A stretch of 64,000 bases of DNA from Rhizophagus irregularis. Its lineage: Eukaryota. The translations under genes and the position numbers were made by a program. Below are positions 12,480 through 25,241 of this stretch, piece after piece. The stretch is taken from the NCBI RefSeq assembly GCF_026210795.1, contig NC_089430.1:2480001-2544000 (forward strand), read 5' to 3'. Under the pieces are notes generated by a model. The model was given only the letters and a program-made list of their open reading frames with translations, had not been told where the DNA came from and made no database searches. Position 1 is the first letter of the stretch. Every line of letters begins with the position of its first letter.

Positions 12480-13320
12480 TAAAAAAAGAAAAGAACCCAC
12501 CTGTATGTGAAACTGAAATGCCAAAGTGCTAAAGTAGCCAAAGAAAGAACTGGAACCTAAAAGGAAATAAGTTAGAAAACAAATATAAACAAAGAGAAAA
12601 ATCCACTTTAGAACCAAAGTGCCAAAGTTTTTGAAGAAAAAACCTGGACCTAAGAAGAAAGAAGAGTTGGTTAGAATGAAAAAAATAAAAAAAAAAAAAC
12701 AAACCAAAAAAAAATAAAAAAGATATACCTTTGAACCGAAGAGCTAAAATGCTAAAGACTGGGACCTAAGAACAGAGAGAAGAGTTGATTAGAACAAAAA
12801 AACGTAAAGGTAATAAAATAAAACAAATAAAAGTGAAAAAAGACATACCTTCAAACCGAAGAGTTGAAATACTAAAGAACCAAGATCTAAAAACAAAGAA
12901 GAGTTAGTTAGAATAAAAAGAATAAAAAGAACAAAGAAACAAAATAAAAAATGAAAAAAAAGTTTTACCTTCAAACTGAAGAACCAAAATGCTAAAAAAT
13001 CGGGATCTAAGAACAGAAAAAAGTTGGTTAAAACAAAAAGAACGAAAAGAACAAAGAAATGAAATAAAAAAAAATGAGAAAAAAAGACGTACCTTTGAAC
13101 TGAAGAGCCAAAATACTAAAAAACTGGGACCTAAGAATAGAGAGAGTTGGTTAGAATGAAAAGAATAAAAAAGCAATGAAATGAAACAAAAAAAGTGAAA
13201 AAAAAAGACTTACCTTTGAACCAAAGAGCTGAAATGCAAAAGAACCAGGATCTAGAAAGAAACAAAATTAGAACAAAGTGAAAATGAAAAAAAAGAACAA
13301 AAAATAAGAACCTACCTGAA
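12480..13320 (-). repeat. ~125-bp tandem array (about 7 units) of intron-like + ~38-nt exon-like units
   Basis: Minus strand per unit: AAG|GTA donor, T-rich body, CTAAC/CTAAT, TCTTAG/CTAG acceptor. Confidence 0.7.
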
Positions 13321-13589
13321 AGTAAAGATGAAATGAATATATTTATCTGTGAATTAATTACAGTTTTAACATTATGTCTGTAAAAATACTGATGCAATAC
13401 CATATTGTATTTTTACAGTCGTATTGAATTTATACAGCCAAAATTGCCAAATTTATCGAATTGTCAATGATTTATGCAAATCCAGTACAGGAAAGTTAGA
13501 TTATCAGACAGATTGTATAATATGAATCATCTGATGATCTCTTTTTTCGCTGTATTAAAGATTTCCAGACAAAAATTATGACTGGGTTT

Positions 13590-14200
13590 TTGAAATTAAG
13601 GTAAAGAACTAAGGAAAAAGTTTTTTAAAAAAAAATGTTAATAGTTTATTTTTTTCATTTTGTAGGGTTGCCGGACAATAAGCATAATTGAACTCTTTGA
13701 ATTTGAAGTAAAGAAGGATTGGAGAAAGATCTATTTTAATAAATTTATTTATTTTTTCTTTATTGTAAGATTGCGGATGAAAAACATGACTGGACTTTAG
13801 GAATTTAAGTGAAAGATAAGGGGCTGAGCCACTGAGGGGAAGGTTTTTTGTTATTTTTTTATGTTAATAAATTTAACTAATTTATTTTTTATTTTTTGTA
13901 GTAATACTGAACGAAAAACATAACCAGATTTATAATTAAGGTAAAGGAGAACTGGTGAAAGTTTTTCGTTAATTTTTTCAATAAATTTAATTAATTTAAT
14001 TAATTTTTCTTTTTTGTAAGATTGTCGGATTAAAAAATATGACCAGATTTTTGTAATCAAGGTAAAGGACGTTTTGTTATTTTTTATTTGATAAATTTAA
14101 TAATTTATTTTTTTATGTAGAATTTCCAGAAAAAAAATCACGACCAGAATTTTATAATTGAGGTAAGGGAGAATCAAAAAAATCTTATTTTCTTTTTTTC
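13590..14200 (+). repeat. Degenerate tandem array of intron-like/micro-exon units
   Basis: Repeated AAG|GTAAAG donors, TTAAT/CTAAT, T-tracts ending TGTAG; related short exon-like segments (TTGCCGGAC/TTGTCGGAT..). Confidence 0.55.
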
Positions 14201-14625
14201 TTAATAGTTTTGATACAGACCAATTCTGTGCTAAAATACAAGTTTTTCTAATATATACAAATAAGTTGAAAGAAGTTCAAGATTTAATTGATAAACTTAA
14301 TCTTAAAAATCCTTTAACTGCTGATGAATTTATTTAATATAATGAATTTGAACTTACAGAAATAATATTTAATAAAGAAATTTTAAAAGTAGTTCTTTCC
14401 AATAATCATAAACAAGAGGTAGAAGAATTAAATTCTGATTCTTTACCATCTATTTATTACTCATAGTGAAGTCATTAAATATTATAATAAGGTAATTTTA
14501 TATTTAGAGCAACAAGAGGATAAATTCAATATGAAAAAAAAAAGAAATAAGATGCATTAAAAAACTTAAGAAGGAGATGTTAAAATAACATTTTATTTTT
14601 GCAAGACAAATGAATCTTAATAATT
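14200..14625 (+). pseudogene. Degenerate C-terminal fragment of a pogo/Tigger (CENP-B-like) transposase
   Basis: EEVQDLIDKLNLKNPLTADEFI*YN..THSEVIKYYNKVILYLEQQE..RQMNLNN resembles Tigger C-termini; a pogo-like end (..AACTG-TA) at ~17195. Confidence 0.55.
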
Positions 14626-14627
14626 TA

Positions 14628-15550
14628 CTAGGAAACGGAAATCGTTGTAAGTCCGGAGCGAAAGATTTTGTACAAAAATCCAAATATCTTTAAAAATTCA
14701 ATTTGTACAAAAAATCTGGCGTCCCTTAAAAAAATAAAAAATGAAACGTTAGAAACATTTTTTTAAAGTTAAACAAATAAGAAAAGCCCCTCTTCACAAT
14801 TTACCTTTAAAAGTCCGGCATATACAAAAAACCCGCGTTCCTAGATAAAAAAAATAAAAATGAAATGTTAAAAACGTTTCTTTAAAGCAAACAAATAAAA
14901 AACAACTTACCAGTCAAGAAATCCAGAAACTCTAGGATAAAAGTAAAAAATGAAACGTTAGAAACGTTTCTTTAAAGTCAAACAAATAAGAAAAGCCAAT
15001 TTACCTTTAAAATCTGGCGTGTACAAAAATCCCGTGTCCCAGAAATAATAATAAGTGAAACGTTAGAAACGTTTCTTTAAAGCAAAACAAATAAAAAAAC
15101 AACTTACCAGTCCAGTATATACAAGAAATCCAGAAACCCTAGGAAAAAAGTAAGAAATGAAACGTTAGAAACGTTTCTTTAAAGCTAAACAAATAAAAAA
15201 CCCTCTACTTCCTAATTTACCTTTAAAGTCTAGTATGTACAAGAAATCCAGAAACCCTAGAAAAAGAATAAGAAATAAAACAAAAACATTCCTTTGAAGT
15301 CAATTAAAAAAAAATATACTCTCTAGACGAAACCAAACAAAAAAAGAGATTATCAGATAATCATGTTTATCATAAACTTATTATGATTATTACACTTGTT
15401 TATTTTTGAAGTAGTACAAAATTTCAATGACACAATCTGTGTGGACCAATCAGAAATGACGCGTGCAGACAAACGGACATCGCCACGTGATCCAATATGT
15501 CATTAAGGTTCATAAACATATATAGTCCTTCGCTTTGCTCTGGACAATAA
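14628..15550 (-). mobile_element. Non-autonomous Helentron/Helitron2-like element with internal intron/micro-exon array
   Basis: Minus strand begins TTATTGTCCAGAGCAAAGCGAAGGAC (subTIR + short IR) and ends TCGCTCCGGAC..TTCCGTTTCCTAG|T; T-rich insertion site; internal repeats 14690-15330. Confidence 0.65.
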
Positions 15551-15573
15551 TATAATAATTGTATTATATTTAA

Positions 15574-16647
15574 GGGAGAAATCGGCACTTAACGAGAGAA
15601 ATTTAATAATGCCGATTTATGCAAATTATTACTAAAAATGGCTAGTACGCAGTTTTTGTTAAGGTGACGTCTTCTTAAATGATTATTAATTAAAAATGCT
15701 GAATGCGGTAACGGATAATGTCAATCCTAGCCAAGCCACTCACGAAGTTTAGCGTCATCAAAGTTCAAACTTTTTGACTTTACTCTGGAAGAACGCGCCA
15801 TTCCAGCTATTATTTTAATAGGCTTGTACGTTAAGTAAAATATTTTAACCTATATTTTATTTTTATTTAGTTTTATTTAATTTATAAATTTTAGTTTATA
15901 ATTTATTTATTGGTAATTTTCTTGTTTCTTAATAGTGAAAATATATTTATCTTCTCCATTTATTTTAGTTATTTAGGCTTAAAATTAGGAGTCTTAGTAG
16001 TCTCAGTATGGCTTTAATAATATTCCTTTTATTTTTTTTTTTTTAGGTTTCATTTTTTTGGACTTGAGTGCTTTGGAATTCTTGGAAAGGTAAGTAAACA
16101 TACCTTTTTTAGTGAAAATTGTTATTAGTTACTAATATTCCTTTTGTTTTTTTTGTAGATTTTGTTCCTATACGTCTTAAATTTTGGATTACTTTAAAGT
16201 AACTATGCGAATAGAATTTTTTAAGGCTGTTAATAAAAATTTTTAATTACTAACATGTTTGTTTTTTTTTCAGTAGATCTCAGTTTTAGGTACCTTGGGA
16301 CTCTGACATGTGAATAGTTTTTTTATATTTAAGGATGTTAATAGATCATTTTTTTCGTTAATTTAATAGGTTTTGGTCCTTTTCTTTATAAATTATGTAA
16401 AAAATAGTGTTTTTTAAAAAATTAAATGGTTTCTAATGGTATTTATGTACATATACCATAATATTGATCTTGTAAATATCCCTCTCAGCCAGAAAAATTA
16501 TTTTATACTGTCTTTTTTTGGTTTATTGAAAAAAACTTATAATAAAGAACGCGGCATTCCAAAAAACGGTTTTTTTATTAATACAAAGCCCGTAAATTTA
16601 ATTATAGAATTTTGACGATTTTATCCTGCTGAATGGCGATCTTTCCC
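15574..16647. mobile_element. Non-autonomous Kolobok-like element
   Basis: TTAA|GGGAGAAATCGGCACTTAAC ... GCTGAATGGCGATCTTTCCC|TTAA: TTAA TSD with purine (GG) termini, unlike piggyBac CCY. Confidence 0.65.
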
Positions 16648-16689
16648 TTAAATATATTATAATTTGCATTTATTTATATAAATTTACTT

Positions 16690-17085
16690 TAAAATATTTA
16701 TTGCAATTTTCGAATTATTGAGAAAAAAAAAATGTTTTTTTTCAAAAACTCACGAAAACAGTAAATTTTATTGCATTTTTAGATAGAGAAGGTGTGATTA
16801 TAACCTGAAAATGTTAATTTTAGAGCAGAAAACTTAATTTTTCGGTAAGTTTGCATATAAGCGACTTTTGAGATTTTGTGTAACCTAAAAGTTCTCTATA
16901 AGTAAACTTACCTAAGAGTTGGATTTTTCATCCTAAAATTAAGGTTTTCATGTTATAATCGCACCTTCTCCTTCCAAAATACAATAAAATTTACTGTTTT
17001 CGTGAGTTTTTGAAAAAAATCATTATTTTATTTTCCTATTTAAACTGTTTTTAGTAATTTGAAAATTGCGATAATGAATTTTTAA
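16690..17085. mobile_element. Foldback (long imperfect inverted repeat) element
   Basis: TTTTTTCAAAAACTCACGAAAACAGTAAATTTTATTG at ~16737 mirrored at ~16982-17018; symmetry centre ~16880; outer ends uncertain. Confidence 0.8.
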
Positions 17086-19166
17086 TAAAAATTCATTATA
17101 TAAGTTAAAAAAATTCATTATAGTATTAGTGAATTTTTTCATAATAATGTCAAATTAGCATAGACATCAAATTTGTTATAATGTAAATTAACTGTAATAA
17201 GTTAATATTATTGAATATACTGTATATATTATATAATTTTTTTTAATCAAACTTTTGCCCTTTTTTATAATGGTCTATAATTGGCATTAATTTGCATTGT
17301 ATGGTATTAAGAAATATTTATATTTTTACAGTATAGATTAATTTACTATACTGTATAAATAAAATAACCAGAGTATAATTTTACCACTTTGGTTAAATGA
17401 AATTAACTTTCTAAATTAATTAAAAATTGCTTAACAAAATTAAAACTACTTGTATTAGTAAATTAATAGTAGGTTGTGAAGGTAGTTCTTGCAAAGTATA
17501 TATGAGCAGTAAGACTAACCCCGTCCTATTCCCATTAGAAAAAATAGTAATTGAACAATGAGTATTGGGAATAAAGCGTATCCAAATAAGTTTAGAAGAC
17601 AGTACTAATCCGTTTTCCTCTTTTTTGCCTCCTTAATTTTCATAAGTATAAGTTATAATTTTAAGATTTTTGGTTATTAAGCTAATTTTGTTATCATGAT
17701 CATAATTGGCAAAGTAAACTGATAAAAAAAATTTTGATTAAAATTTAGATTTCCCCTTTTTTACTAATATTTTTGTATAGAGAAATCACTATTTTTATAT
17801 GTACTTTTAAATTTTTTTTTTAATTTAAAGCGTATTTTACGCTTTGGTCAAATGAAATAGAATCTATATTTTTTATAATGTACTAACTTTTAAATTTTTT
17901 TTTTTATTTACTAATTTCAGAACATAATTTTACCACTTTGGTCAAATGAAATCGATTTTCTAAATTAATTGAAAATTATTCAATAAAATCAATAAATATA
18001 ATATATATAAAGAAATCTACATTTTTCATTTTTTATAAATATCAAATTATTATTTTTTTTTATTTACTAATTTTAAAGTGTAATTTTACTATTTTAGTCA
18101 AATTAAATTAACTTTCTTTATTAATTAAAAGTTGTTTAGCAGTATAAAAACTATTTAATACTTGTAAGATTTATTACATTTTTTATAATAATACTAATTT
18201 ATAAATTATTGTATAATAAATCATATGAATTTTACCTCTAATGAATATTAAAATCACTTTTTTATAAAATATGTGAAATTATATTTTTATAATAAAATAT
18301 ATATTTATATAGAATTTAAAATTTATATGCAAATATGTAGTAATATATTCTCTTATATTATATTATATGTAAAGTTAAAATTAGTATTTTAAACTCTTTA
18401 TTTTTATAAATAAATAGGTAAAATACATATAAAATATATTTTTTAAAGAATCTATAATAAATTTATAAGGTTTGCATCATGTTTATTTTTTTAAAAAAAT
18501 ATGATATATATTACATAATTATGAAATTTACTATATAATAATTTCCAAAAAAAAGGTCTTACAATGCTTTGTATAAAAATTATTATTTTCTTTTATATAA
18601 TATAATACTTTATTATATATTTAAAAGGATTAAAAATTAGTCTTTTGTATAGTATTTAATATAAGAAAAGTATTTCTTTAAAACCTAAAAAATTAAAAAA
18701 TAAAAAAAATCCAAAAATTGATAACTTTTTATTTTAGATAAAAGTAATATAAAGTATTTTTTAAAAGTTATTAATCTTTTACTACTTTAATTTTTTTTTT
18801 GATAAATTAAGAAAAATGTTATCTTGGTTTTTAAAAAAAAAATAAAAAGAAAGGAATAATTTGGTTTTATTTAAGAATAAAATTATTCAATATGTGAATT
18901 TATAATATTTCTAAATAAAAATAAAATCTGTATTTAATAAAATTTTATTATAATATAAAAGTAAACAATATTAAGCAACTTTGCATGCAATTTCTAATAT
19001 AAATTTATGATGATAATCCTTCTTTGATTAATACACTGTTGTTGTTTCTAATCGCTTCCTTATTTGAGCATGTAAGTACCTTACTAGTTATTCAATTGGT
19101 AACGTTTCACATATTTGATTTACTTTTAAGATTATTGTGATCTAATTTTCCTTCGAAGTTTTGAAC

Positions 19167-20126
19167 ATGGCTCCTAAATATATTATAGGTATTAATTTAA
19201 TATATTTTTCTTTTTTTTTAATTTGCAATTATTAATAATCTTTTTATTAAAAATTTTAGAACATATGGAAGATAATTTGCACGAATGGTGTCTATTGGAG
19301 TATTATCATATAGCAACCTTTATACATCCCTCCAATTTATATTTTACTAATTTATCAATGATAGCAGAGACATCATTTAAAAATTCAGAAATTCCAAAAG
19401 AAACTAATTTTATTACCGAGAATATTATAAATATGAATGTTCCAATGGATAAAATATGTCTTTTAGATCCTGCTTCTAATCAAGTATTAGAACCGACGGA
19501 TGGTGATGCTTTTGAATATTTTTTATTTGGTGGGATTCTTGGAGACGATCCTCCCAGAGGTGAATGTTTAGATGTTTTAGAATAAATGTACTTTTAATCT
19601 CTATATTTATTTTTTCTCTGATTTCATCAATGATCAGATCGTACATCTGAATTAAGGCGTCTTGGATTTACTACGAGGAATCTTGGTGCCATGCAAATGA
19701 CAACAGATACTGCTGTACACGTAACAAAGAGAATTGTAGATGATAGAGGTACTTTAGTCTTTTATTTGGAATAATATCCTTATTTTATTTGAATAATAAC
19801 AATAATGATTAAATTTAAAGTACCGATTAATCAAATTCCTTATATTGATTTTCCTGAAATAAAAATTAGTAAAACTGAATCTGTGGTAATTATTCAAAAC
19901 GTTCACAGCATTCTGTTTATTAATAATTGACAAATTTAGCTGAATTTTTTATATAATTCTTTAATACCTTTAGATTATGCCTTTTCGTTATATCGCTATA
20001 CCTGATTCTCATAAATCTACTTTACAAACCACCGACAATGAAATGAAACAAAATATCGTTCCATTATTACCCTCAGGAATGATTGATTTATTAAAAAAAG
20101 ACGGAGATATGGCATTTGAATTTTAA
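19167..20126 (+). CDS. SFM1: SPOUT-family protein arginine N-methyltransferase Sfm1 (5 exons, 216 aa)
   Basis: Exons 19167-19188, 19260-19559, 19638-19748, 19821-19885, 19974-20126 splice in frame; KYIIEHME, LLDPA, FLFGGILGDDPPRDRTSELR, QMTTDTAV, MPFRY. Confidence 0.93.
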
Positions 20127-20637
20127 ATATCTACAAAGCATCTAAACATTATAACTTGATAAGATATTTATGTGTACGTAAAATTATTGTGAAATTCTCG
20201 AATTTAAAATTTCCATCACCTTAACAGTTAATGATTATGAATTAAGGTGATTGAGAGCCAAACCCGTACTTCATATTCTTTTTATTCTTGCATTCTTTGC
20301 ATTCCATGTGTTTTTAATCACTATTTTCATAAAATTTTCGTAAATGAATGTTTTGTAAAACAAAACGAGAAAAATTAGCTTACTCCACAATTATTTATAC
20401 AATTAACTTCTTTACAAGCTCGTTAAAAGCGCAATCTTTTAAAAGAAAACGAGTATGGCACAGCATTTTTACGTTAATACTATTTTCAACCCTTTTCGAG
20501 TAATTTCTTTTAAAGATAAGTCAGATCAATATAATAATATCCTCAACAAGAAAAAAATGGTGTTTTCAAATGTGCACGAGATCTATACGCATTCTAGAAC
20601 TTTAATATATCTCAATACAATTCCGTGCATTTACGCA

Positions 20638-22529
20638 TTAAATATCGATACTTTTATTCCATGAAAAGATGTTACCAAATCCCAAAACAGAACGGAATGA
20701 TTGTATTGGAGATGAAAAGACCAACGATAATGAATTATTACCACCATTCATATTATTTATATTATTTACAATTCTTTCTTGCTCATTTTTCATTTCAATC
20801 ATACCGGAAACATCATCCTGTTGCATATAATTGTCTTCAACGAGAGTTTGGTTTAAATCTAATGAGGCAACATTTAATGCACTCTTAGTGTTATAGTTTG
20901 AGTGACTCCGTATCTTTTTTTCTTTCTTAACTTTTCTTGACTTGGCTTTTGTTTGTAATATTTGAGTAGTATTCTGAGTTTTAGGGTTCGACTTGCCTTC
21001 ATTTTTTCTTTTATAAAGTTCCATCCTTGTTGCATTAGGCTTAAGCATCGACTTTACCGTATTATTACATTCTACGATGAAATTATTTGGTTCTGACTAA
21101 AGATAAAAAAACATAATATAAATAATGTTTATTAAAATAAATAAATCATGTAAGATAATAACTGCAACATCGAATCGTGTATTCCTACATTAATTTCCAT
21201 CGGTTTATCATCAATACTATTCCCAATAAGGTCATCCTCTTTAGCTGAAGCATCTTGAATTTTTCTTCTCTTATTTTCGTTTGCTCGTAACTCAGTTTCA
21301 TCTTTGTTTACCTGATTGGGACATCTTGATTGATCAATAGGTGTTTTCTTGACGCCAATTTTCAGTTTTCTTTTTGATGCAGAATCTTTCGTTTGAACAG
21401 CATCCGCTTTTGAAATAATAAAAGAATCATCTTGTTCAAGATTTTGGGCACGACGCGATCGTTTTGACGCGCGCCACTTCCCAAATACGGATCCATTTCT
21501 GGTCCTCCTAAGTAACGATGATTCATCCTGGATGGTCAAAACTTTTGCAGGAGATTCTAATTTCGTAATAGAACTATTTGACGGTTTTCTGCTGCCTTTC
21601 TTTTTGAGTGATCCAGAAAGATTTAAATTTTCGGTAAATTCTTGTTCTTTTGTTAATACAATTGGTTGTTCATAAGGTGAAACTTGCGTTTCACCTTGTT
21701 TAACCACTTTCTCAACAATAAAAGAATTAGTATTTTCAGAATCATTCAAAGGAGTTTGGATAATATTACTATTTGAATTAGCAGAACCAATATTTGTTTG
21801 TAATTTAAAAGTCTTTTTAGTTTCACAATCTGATTCCTTTTCTTGGTCTCTGTCATGTCCTCCAAAATCAATAGAGCCCAAAAGAGTATTAGCATTTATT
21901 GAAGAAGCTATAGGTTTATAAATAGACGTTTGAGAATTTGCCGAGTCTTTGGAATTTCTATTATAAATTATCTTTAAACGAGCAGGACTGCTTGAATTAG
22001 TCTTAACGGGTTCTGCAGTTGAAGTTTCAAAATCATTATCACGTGAATCAAACGCTGGTCTAAGTTTATTCGAAACTTTTTGTACAGCTTGAACGTAAAG
22101 AACAGTGAGTTTTTCGATTGTTATGTCCGACAATGAGATATCTTGGCCAGAGAAATTATAATCGTTAATCATCATAATTTCTGGAAGCGGATTAGGGTTA
22201 AAAGAAAGCCAAGACCTGAGGCTCTTTTCATAGAAAACTTGGTTCACGTTAAGACCGATCAGTTTGACCAAATATTTTGGGGATAAAGTGTTGCCATTTT
22301 GAGGAGTGGAAGTCGGTACTATACGCGCATAAGCGACTTTTCGCAACTTTGTTGTTACGTGCCTTTCAAGTACGAAAGCTGGCCAATATCTGATAAGTTT
22401 GTTTGTTATTATTGAGCTTTCGGACTCGTTTTTAACTTTTATTGAAATAGAGTTAATAATAGTACTCCACGGCACCCAAACATAGTCCCCAACACCAAAT
22501 ATTGTTATTATTTCATCAAGCTCAGACAT
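20638..22529 (-). CDS. Protein with N-terminal PWWP/Tudor-like domain and long disordered tail; 3' exons uncertain, may extend to ~20200
   Basis: 465-aa ORF with GVGDYVWVPW..YWPAFV..KYLVKLIG; intron ~21098-21188 joins the 20638-21048 ORF; basic NLS-like patches. Confidence 0.7.
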
Positions 22530-23065
22530 TATATAAATAATTAAAATAAAAATAAAAAGGTACTTTTAGAAAGACGAGAAAAACTTTCGGGTGGCTAATT
22601 TATAGAACAGACTGTTTTGGGATATCCCGTGACAATTTACAATTTAGGTTTATTTATTTTTATTTTTTTTGTACACGAATTACACAGTTTGATTTCATAA
22701 AAGTCACATGGTATCTAAAAATTAATTGGTCCCGAAAATGTACATGATAAAAAATGTGTATTTGTACTTTGTAAATTAATATTTAATAATTTTTTTGAAA
22801 TAATATTAAAAAGATTAAATTTTTTTTTTAATTAAAGTATATACCCAAGTTGTAGAGGAAAAACTATATATCATATTAATTTGGATAAAATATTTTATAA
22901 TAGAAAAAATGAGTTTAGACAAATATAAATAATAACGATAATAAGATAGGATATAATAATTTTTTTTTTTTTTGATACTGTATAATACAAACTAGGGATT
23001 AAGCATCCATTCTAATAATATTTCTAAATTAAGTTTATAACAATAATATTTTGAATAGTATTTTT

Positions 23066-23101
23066 ATATATATATATATATATACACATATATATATATA
23101 T
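23066..23101. repeat. (TA)n microsatellite
   Basis: Direct inspection. Confidence 0.9.
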
Positions 23102-23184
23102 GAAATTTTGAAATTTACGATTGTTTCTCTTTTTCTAAAAAAAGTAAAGAAAATTATTAAATAAAACGCCAATCGAAACTACAA

Positions 23185-25241
23185 TTATAAATATAAAAAA
23201 TTACCATCTACTCTATAAAGTTCAACTTCTCTAGGAACTTCGTTAATAATAGAAGACCATCGATAATGTGAATCTAAAGAGGAGAAAAATAAGTTTCTCT
23301 TTTTTTTAAAAAAAGAAAATTTATACATTTAAATATAACATTATACATACGTTGCCTACGATCTGCTTTTAACTTGTCAATCATTTCTTTATCAACCTTA
23401 CCTAGGGTCATACCTTTGAACAAAATAGAACCTAATTAAAATATTTTCGTGGAAAAGTCATGTGATAATATTAAAAAAAAAAATACTTACTTCTAGTAAC
23501 TTCTCTTCGGCCATTATGAGTTTGATAATCTTCTCTGGCCTTTTCTTTGCCTTTGTTATCATTAGTTGCAGACCCGGCTGGATCTCTCTTAGAACCTAAG
23601 ATAGAATAAGGCAAAAAAATTTTTAGAAGTCTTGAAGTATTTATTCATTTATAAAGTTGTAATGAAATTAATTTCATACTCGACTTTCGGATCATCGTAA
23701 GTAATTCTCCAGTTGTAGGATCAAAAAGTGTAAATGTTTCTGAATTTCTAGGTTCAGGTAAGTGTGGAAAATGTAACAATCGGCTTGTGTAGAAAGCTTG
23801 TGGGTGCACAGCGCCTGAATTGGTGATAACCGACTTCACTGATCCAGTTTTAATTTTCTTTGTTCTTGGACCTTGGAATGGAGCTTTACCATCGGAAAGA
23901 TATCGCCATTTGGCGGATACATTTAATAAATCGGCCGCGGTTGGTCGCTTTGATGGATCGGCATCCCAGCACCGAAGCATAGCGGCCACGTAACCTTTAG
24001 GAGTTCCGGAAATGATTGGAGGTCGAAGTCCATTACAAATATCATTGGCTAGCGAATAATCGTGGGCACGATCAGAAAAAGGTGGTTCATTAGAAGACAT
24101 CTCCCACATTATCATCCCCAGACTGTAAATATCTGCTTTTTGCGTGTAAGAATCTCCTCTTAACACCTCTGGAGCTACATAAGGAAGTACACCATAAACT
24201 TTTTTCGAATCCTCAGACTCATTTACTGGTCGACACATTCCTAAATCTGTGACATAGACGAGCTTTTCGTGCCGTAATATGTTCCCGCTATATATTTAAA
24301 TATGATTAATTTTTACTACAACTTGAAAGCTAACCTTCTTTTTTTTTTACATTTAGTGCTTTTTTTACCTGTGAAAATCTCTGTGTACTAAACCAGAATC
24401 ATGAATGCCTTGAAGACCTTTAGCAATACGGTCAAATAATATAATTTTCTCATCCCATGATAATTCAGCAAAATATTTTGTTAAATATTTTCGTAAACTT
24501 CCATGATCAGCAAATCGCATTACCATTACATATCGATTAGTTTCTGGATCTTTACTAACACCATAACAATCGATAATTCCCGATCCAAGACTACATCTAT
24601 GATGTGCTCGAAGCTGTTAATTTTTTATAAAACAACAAAAACAAAATTTTAATCACAACCTACAACTAATGTATCTCCAAAGACAAAAAATTGCAATTTT
24701 ACCTCGTCCAAAAAATCACTAGCTAGGCTCTCCGAATTATCAAGAAACTTGAGTGCAACTTTACCCCATGCACTAGATTTTGCTGAATAAACCAAACCGA
24801 AGCCACCTTGAGCTTCAAACTTAACATCTGAGAAACTGTCGAAATTAATCCAACGCATATAATCAAAAGGTGTATTCGCGTTTAGTTGAGTTTCTCTTAT
24901 AAACTGGTCGAGTTCTTCGTTGCCACTTGTCCAATTCTTGAAATGAGCTTTTAGTTTTGCTGTGTCGCATGGTCGACACCACCCTATCGCGGTACGTGTT
25001 CCACCGCACTTTGAACACTTACTTAGTTTACTTGATTTTTCATTTTTATTAAGAGAAGGTGAACCAGATTTAGAAAAGGAATTAGGAGGCACAACGATAC
25101 CGGCCTCCTTTGCTTTTTTGGCCAAATTATTGAAATAAGATATTTTGTTTTCAAAAGTAATAAAAAAATAAACCATAAAATAAATATTTTACAAAACATA
25201 AGAAACCTACCTAAGTGTTTAAGCATTGACGAGTAGTCCAT
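23185..25241 (-). CDS. Tyrosine-kinase-like protein kinase of the Glomeromycotina-expanded type (about 7 exons)
   Basis: CSKC..WCRPC, NWTSGNEELDQFI, GGFGLVY, VALK, intron-split HRDFH/SGNIL, DLG, PYVAPE, ADIYSLG, CWDADPSKRP; 3' exons approximate. Confidence 0.9.

Noticed and set aside
10812..13403. Many Phe/Ile-rich minus-strand ORFs as membrane proteins
   Set aside because: By-products of purine-rich low-complexity and repeat DNA, open in several frames at once
17200..18960. Centromere or origin in the extremely AT-rich tract
   Set aside because: Contains decayed repeats (TAATTTTACCACTTTGGTCAAATGAAAT about 4 times) consistent with an eroded transposon; no positive evidence for function
25110..25130. 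Broken splice acceptor (GG instead of AG) in the kinase
   Set aside because: An in-frame AAG acceptor lies 9 nt downstream, so the gene need not be a pseudogene
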